IMG/VR virus record: IMGVR_UViG_3300012971_000065
Location: 1 to 29,577 of that record
DNA: 29,577 nucleotides
DNA from: a virus
Taxonomy: Duplodnaviria; Caudoviricetes
Strand: one strand, 5' to 3'
A program made the translations under genes and the position numbers. The notes beneath the pieces were generated by a model, which saw nothing but the letters and a program-made list of their open reading frames with translations, made no database searches and was not told the DNA's origin. Shown in pieces: positions 25,161 through 29,577 of this stretch. How positions within the stretch are numbered: the stretch's first letter is position 1; each line of letters starts with the position of its first letter.

Positions 25161-25960
25161 GCAGTGTGCTGGATCTGCCGGTCTGCATTCCGAGCTATCG
25201 TCGCGCCGGGCGCGTGAGCAGCGAGGGACTGATGCGGTCGTTCGGCTTTCACCGGACGGTGATTTACGCGCGTGAGAGCGAGCGCGATGAGTATGCCGAG
25301 CATCATGCCAACGTGGCGAGCGTGCCTGATGGCGTGCGCGGCATCGGCGATACTCGCCAGTTTATCGTAGAGCAGATGGCGGACGAGCCGGCTTACGTGA
25401 TGATCGACGACGACATCAGCGGGTTCTCGTATAAGCCCGACCTGACGGCGCAAGGCGGAGTAATGCGGGCTGAGCCCGAACAAGTCTTGCAGGTGTTGGG
25501 TGAGCTATACGATAGCGGCTGCATCGGCGCGGTGGTCGACTACTGGTCTATTGCCGATCCGTATGACGGTGGGCCGTGGCGGCATTGGGGTTTTCTGTGC
25601 AGCAATTGTTATTTGCTGCGAAGTAGCCTGATAGGCAGCGCGCGGTTCGATCGGCTGCAATTGTACGAGGACATGGACTTTAGCCTGCAACTGCTGCAGG
25701 CCGGTGTTCCGGTCAGGATTTCTTCGCAGCTTTGCATCGAGGCATCGCCTGGCGGCCGCGGGGCTGATAATGGCGGCTGCGATGAGCTGCGGGAGGCAGA
25801 GCAGGCCGCGCTAGAAGCTGGGGTCTCGCATCAACGCATTTATTGGCAGCGGCTGCAGCGGCTGCACCCGGAATTTGTGCAGATACAGAACAATCCGGGT
25901 ACACGCATCTATCGCGTGGGAGTTTTGTGGGAGGAAGCCTACGCAGCGGGACGTTCATGA
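25157..25960 (+). CDS. GT-A fold glycosyltransferase (GREB1/TET-associated GT-like)
   Basis: 'VCIPSYRRA', 'GIGDTRQFI', 'VMIDDDI', 'YEDMDFSLQLLQAG', 'NGGC', 'LQRLHPEFV'. Confidence 0.8.
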   Translation: MSSVLDLPVCIPSYRRAGRVSSEGLMRSFGFHRTVIYARESERDEYAEHHANVASVPDGVRGIGDTRQFIVEQMADEPAYVMIDDDISGFSYKPDLTAQGGVMRAEPEQVLQVLGELYDSGCIGAVVDYWSIADPYDGGPWRHWGFLCSNCYLLRSSLIGSARFDRLQLYEDMDFSLQLLQAGVPVRISSQLCIEASPGGRGADNGGCDELREAEQAALEAGVSHQRIYWQRLQRLHPEFVQIQNNPGTRIYRVGVLWEEAYAAGRS

Positions 25961-26145
25961 AGCTGCTTCAGCTTACCGCGGCGGACGGTTCGCCGATCTA
26001 CGTGGTGGGGCAGTGGGTGACCAGATTGCGCAAGGCGCTATCCGGCGAGCTCGGCAAGACTACGATCTTCATTGGCGCCGACAGGTTCTCGGTCGAAGAG
26101 CCACTCGAAGAGGTGGTGCATCGTTTGCAAATAACAGGCGACTGA
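25957..26145 (+). CDS. FlbD-like small protein
   Basis: 'LLQLTAADGSPIYV...TTIFIG..RFSVEEPLEEVVHRL'. Confidence 0.6.
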   Translation: MKLLQLTAADGSPIYVVGQWVTRLRKALSGELGKTTIFIGADRFSVEEPLEEVVHRLQITGD

Positions 26146-26147
26146 AC

Positions 26148-26429
26148 ATGGCGATAGACGCGGACGTTGGCATGATCAAAGGGAACGTTGTCAATCTCGC
26201 CGACCGGCGCAAGAAGTCCGAGCCGTGGGAATGCAATTACAGGATGGCGCTCACGGTGCAGGAGCTGATCGACAAGCTCGCCTTTTTCGACCGCAATGCG
26301 CGGGTTTACGTCCGTTCCGGTTGGATAGCGGGAGTGATCGCGCTCGAGCACCGCACTAACGGCGCCTACGAACAATCGACAGTGCTGCTCTACATGAACG
26401 GGAAGGAGCTGCCCGAGCAATGCCAATGA
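26148..26429 (+). CDS. Hypothetical protein
   Basis: 'LTVQELIDKLAFFDRNARVYV', a common small phage motif. Confidence 0.6.
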   Translation: MAIDADVGMIKGNVVNLADRRKKSEPWECNYRMALTVQELIDKLAFFDRNARVYVRSGWIAGVIALEHRTNGAYEQSTVLLYMNGKELPEQCQ

Positions 26430-27190
26430 TCAGCTACAGCACCAACTTCGAGGACGTGATGCTCAATCGCGTTTTCCGTGATGTTGCTGATGGCACTTAT
26501 ATTGATGTTGGCGCGTTCAAAGCAGAGCAAGACAGCAATACTTATGCGCTCTATGCCCGCGGCTGGAGCGGCATTGTTTGCGATCCGATTTTTGCCTTCG
26601 AGTCGGCCTGGGTTAGGCAGTGGAGGATGTTGCGGCCGCGTGACAAGGTGGTGCGCGACGCGATCGGCGCTGAGGTCGGGCAGACCACGTTTTATATGTG
26701 CAACTTCCGCGGCTTGTCGACTTGCAATCGCGCCATCGTCGACCGTCATGTTGCCGCGCACAGCTCCAACACAGTCACCGGCGGTAGTCCGGTGAGCATG
26801 GTGACGCTCGACCGGGTGATCGAACGGGCATGCGACGGTAAGGCGCCGGATCTTGTCTGCATTGACGTCGAGGGCGGCGAAGGCGATGTGCTGAAAGGGA
26901 TCGACCTGGCCAAGTACCGGCCAAAGCTGTTCGTGATCGAGGCATACAACTCTGGTGATCTAACACCGCATTATCATGATTGGGAACAGCTGCTGTTTGA
27001 TCAAGGCTATGTCTGCGCCTGGGATGATCGTGTTAATCGCTGGTATGTCGAGGCAGCCTTCGCGCGCAATCTCAATGGCGCTTTCGATTTCCCGCCCAAC
27101 GTGACCGACGATTTCCTACCGTTCAAGCAGTACGAGCTACAGCGACGCCTCGAAGACTATGAGGCCAACCGGGCCACGCTGGCCTCGTGA
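26420..27190 (+). CDS. FkbM family SAM-dependent methyltransferase
   Basis: 'SYSTNFEDVML', 'YIDVGA', 'SNTYALY..GWSGI', 'TLD', 'IDVEGGE..VLKGID...RPKLFVIE'. Confidence 0.9.
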   Translation: MPMISYSTNFEDVMLNRVFRDVADGTYIDVGAFKAEQDSNTYALYARGWSGIVCDPIFAFESAWVRQWRMLRPRDKVVRDAIGAEVGQTTFYMCNFRGLSTCNRAIVDRHVAAHSSNTVTGGSPVSMVTLDRVIERACDGKAPDLVCIDVEGGEGDVLKGIDLAKYRPKLFVIEAYNSGDLTPHYHDWEQLLFDQGYVCAWDDRVNRWYVEAAFARNLNGAFDFPPNVTDDFLPFKQYELQRRLEDYEANRATLAS

Positions 27191-27219
27191 CGCTGAGCCG
27201 GCGCTAAAGGATCACAGCC

Positions 27220-28644
27220 ATGCCGTTGACCGCAAAGGGCCAAAAGATACTCGCCGCAATGCAAGAACAGTACGGCGAAGAAAAAGGCAAGCAGGTCTTC
27301 TATGCGGCGAAGAACGCCGGAACCATCACCGGCGTCGATAGTGCGGAGACCAAGGATGCGCGCAAGAAGGTGACGCAGTACGATCCGCAAGGGCGCTTGA
27401 AATCCACCTTCGAGGAAGAGGAGCGGGACTCGGCCGTTGTCGTTATTGATGAAGGTGTTGTGTCGCCCGTTACCGTGCAGATGACAGACACGGTCGATCT
27501 CGACGATGCGGCCAATGTCCGTATCACTGAGGATGGCTATATGGCGGCATTCCCGCGCGTTGCGCGCACCGGCATTCAACTCTATCGCGGCAGTGAGTGC
27601 GGGCGCGACGCCATCGATGAGGTCCGCGTCTATCGGCCGACAGATGCGGTATTTCACAAGGATGCGACGCACAGCTACACGCATTTGCCGGTGACGATCG
27701 AGCACCCGAAGGAGCGGCTCGACTCGAGGACATGGAAGAAATATGCGGTTGGGGAGACCGGCGATGAGGTGCTCCGCGACGGCGGGACGGTGCGCGTGCC
27801 GATGATGCTGCGCGACCACGATGCCATTCAGGCGGTGCGGGACGGCAAGAAGCAGCTCAGCGTCGGCTATGCCTGTGAAATCGACTGGACGCCGGGGCGC
27901 ACCGACGACGGCGAGCAATACGACGCCATTCAAGTACCGGGATCAATACGAGCTAACCACCTGGCGGTCGTCGCCACCGCTCGTGGTGGGTCACAGCTCA
28001 CCATTGGCGATGACAAAAGCAAGGAGACTACCGCTATGACCGAAGTTTTGCGCAATGTGACCATCGACGGGCTCACCTGCCAGATGGCCGATCGCGATGC
28101 TCAGATCGTGCAAAAGACGATCAAGAGCCTCACCGACCAGCTCGAGAACCTCAAGAAAAAAAACGGCGATGACGAGGACGAGAAACAGAAAAGCAAAAAG
28201 GATAGCGCCGACACCATCGCGGCGAAGGACGCGATCATCGCTACCAAGGACGCGGAGATTGCCACGCTAAAGACCCAGCTCAAGGATGCGGAGATGACGC
28301 CGGCCAAGATGAGCGCAATGCTCAAGGATCTTGTCTCCGTGGTTGCCGGCGCCAAGAGGTTGATGGGCGACAAGTTCATCACCGACAACAAGCTGGCGCC
28401 GCAGATCAAGCGCGAGGTGGTCGATGGCAAGTTGGGTGAGGCGGCCAAGGGTTGGACCGAGGACCAGGTTGACGCCAGCTTCAACACGCTGAGCTCGGCG
28501 AAGACGAGCTTCACTGGCAGCATCGACCATGCGCGTACGGCGTTCGCGACAGATGTGTCGATGGACGCCAAAGATCAGGCTTGGAATCAAATGGTTCAGG
28601 AGCAGGCCAACGCCTGGAAACAGCCAGAGCGCCAGAGCGCGTGA
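27220..28644 (+). CDS. DUF2213 prohead protease/scaffold protein with N-terminal extension
   Basis: 'TEDGYM...VARTGIQLY', 'VYRP..VF', 'PVTIEHP', 'GKKQLSVGY', 'NHLAVV..ARGG'; coiled-coil C-terminus. Confidence 0.9.
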   Translation: MPLTAKGQKILAAMQEQYGEEKGKQVFYAAKNAGTITGVDSAETKDARKKVTQYDPQGRLKSTFEEEERDSAVVVIDEGVVSPVTVQMTDTVDLDDAANVRITEDGYMAAFPRVARTGIQLYRGSECGRDAIDEVRVYRPTDAVFHKDATHSYTHLPVTIEHPKERLDSRTWKKYAVGETGDEVLRDGGTVRVPMMLRDHDAIQAVRDGKKQLSVGYACEIDWTPGRTDDGEQYDAIQVPGSIRANHLAVVATARGGSQLTIGDDKSKETTAMTEVLRNVTIDGLTCQMADRDAQIVQKTIKSLTDQLENLKKKNGDDEDEKQKSKKDSADTIAAKDAIIATKDAEIATLKTQLKDAEMTPAKMSAMLKDLVSVVAGAKRLMGDKFITDNKLAPQIKREVVDGKLGEAAKGWTEDQVDASFNTLSSAKTSFTGSIDHARTAFATDVSMDAKDQAWNQMVQEQANAWKQPERQSA

Positions 28645-28686
28645 GGCTTGCCATCCCGCCCATCCTAGCAACAAGGAACTCACATC

Positions 28687-29541
28687 ATGACGACAGTTCT
28701 ACAGACTAGTTATCGCCCGCAGATCGCTCCTGCGGTCGAAGGCATGCCGGTTGACATCGGCGGCTATGAAGATATCTCGCGCATCGTCGAGACCGCGGCC
28801 GGCGTTACTTTCGGCAAAGCGGTGTCGCAGGGAGCCGCAGATCGTGGCTGTATCCTCGGTGGTGCCAACTTCATCGGCATTTCGCTGCGCGACGTGACGT
28901 TGGGGCTTGCGCCGGTCAACCCGTTGCTCGACGTCGGGCCAGCGCTCGACACCTACGGGCAGCTCACCAATGCCTCGATCCGCACGCGTGGACGGGTATG
29001 GGTAAAAGCTGGGGCCGTGGTGAGTGCGGGACAGGCGCTTTTCTACGACACCACCAGCGGCGCTTTCAGTAACAGCGCATCCGGTCAGGCGGCAGCCGGC
29101 TACATCGACTTCACCAGCAACCCGGTTGCAACTAACACCCTGGTCATCAATGGCACGACCTGGACCTTCGTCGCCAGCGGCGCGACCGGTACGCAGGTCA
29201 ACATTGGACCGACGTTGGGTGACACACTCGCTCGGCTGGCGACTGCGCTCAATGCCTCGGCTGACACCAATACGGTGTTGCTGACTTACTTGGCATATCC
29301 GCCATCGCCTGGCGGTGCAGCCCAAGGCTCCGGCGCAACGCGACTAATGATGGCCGCCAAGGCTGTCGGTACTGCCGGCAACGCCTACACGATAGCCACC
29401 GGCACCACGCCGGGAACGACCCGCAGCGGCGCCACGCTCGCGGGCGGCACCGCGGCGGCGACCGCTGTTACCGGCGCCCGCTGGGCAACCTCGGCTATTG
29501 CCGGCGATCTCGCGCAGGCAAGCCTCGGCATCCAGTTCTAG
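28687..29541 (+). CDS. Head decoration/cement protein with inserted Thr/Gly/Ala-rich beta domain
   Basis: Position after the protease; 'VTFGKAVSQG..DRGC...FIGISLRD...RGRVWV'; AAGGA RBS. Confidence 0.7.
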   Translation: MTTVLQTSYRPQIAPAVEGMPVDIGGYEDISRIVETAAGVTFGKAVSQGAADRGCILGGANFIGISLRDVTLGLAPVNPLLDVGPALDTYGQLTNASIRTRGRVWVKAGAVVSAGQALFYDTTSGAFSNSASGQAAAGYIDFTSNPVATNTLVINGTTWTFVASGATGTQVNIGPTLGDTLARLATALNASADTNTVLLTYLAYPPSPGGAAQGSGATRLMMAAKAVGTAGNAYTIATGTTPGTTRSGATLAGGTAAATAVTGARWATSAIAGDLAQASLGIQF

Positions 29542-29577
29542 TGCCGATCAACGTGTTCCTGTTCAGGGCCAGGACGC

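Noticed and set aside
28156-28164. A8 run forming an in-frame A_AAA_AAC slippery heptamer in the protease/scaffold gene
   Set aside because: It lies in a Lys-rich linker, there is no clear downstream stimulatory structure, and the -1 frame stops almost immediately.
1-29577. CRISPR array, tRNA, rRNA, integrase, transposase or reverse transcriptase
   Set aside because: None recognised by eye; a tRNAscan-SE/Infernal run would be needed to exclude small RNAs.

Overview
A high-GC segment of a tailed dsDNA phage or prophage. An alphaproteobacterial host is inferred from GANTC clustering at promoters and DUF3489-, GcrA- and GapR-like genes. From left to right it holds: (1) a leftward early operon with two tandem MT-A70 methyltransferases, a PD-(D/E)XK-type nuclease, a RuvC-like resolvase and HTH proteins; (2) a ~820-bp divergent non-coding region with GANTC sites, DnaA-like boxes and a ~500-nt strongly structured tract directly upstream of an SF2 helicase; (3) a ParB-fused DNA methyltransferase and many small accessory genes; (4) a NusG-family antiterminator; (5) the packaging/head module (small and large terminase, DUF1073 portal, MuF fused to a ParB-like domain, DUF2213 protease/scaffold, head decoration protein). 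A ~5.5-kb cargo block (phosphatase, glycosyltransferase, FkbM methyltransferase, membrane/secreted peptides) sits inside the head module. The most notable observations are the putative large structured RNA/origin before the helicase, palindromes placed immediately after the HTH-coding segment in two different genes, the MTase-MTase-nuclease cassette, and a three-member 'GPF' mini-protein family. All family calls come from motif recognition by eye; no searches were run.
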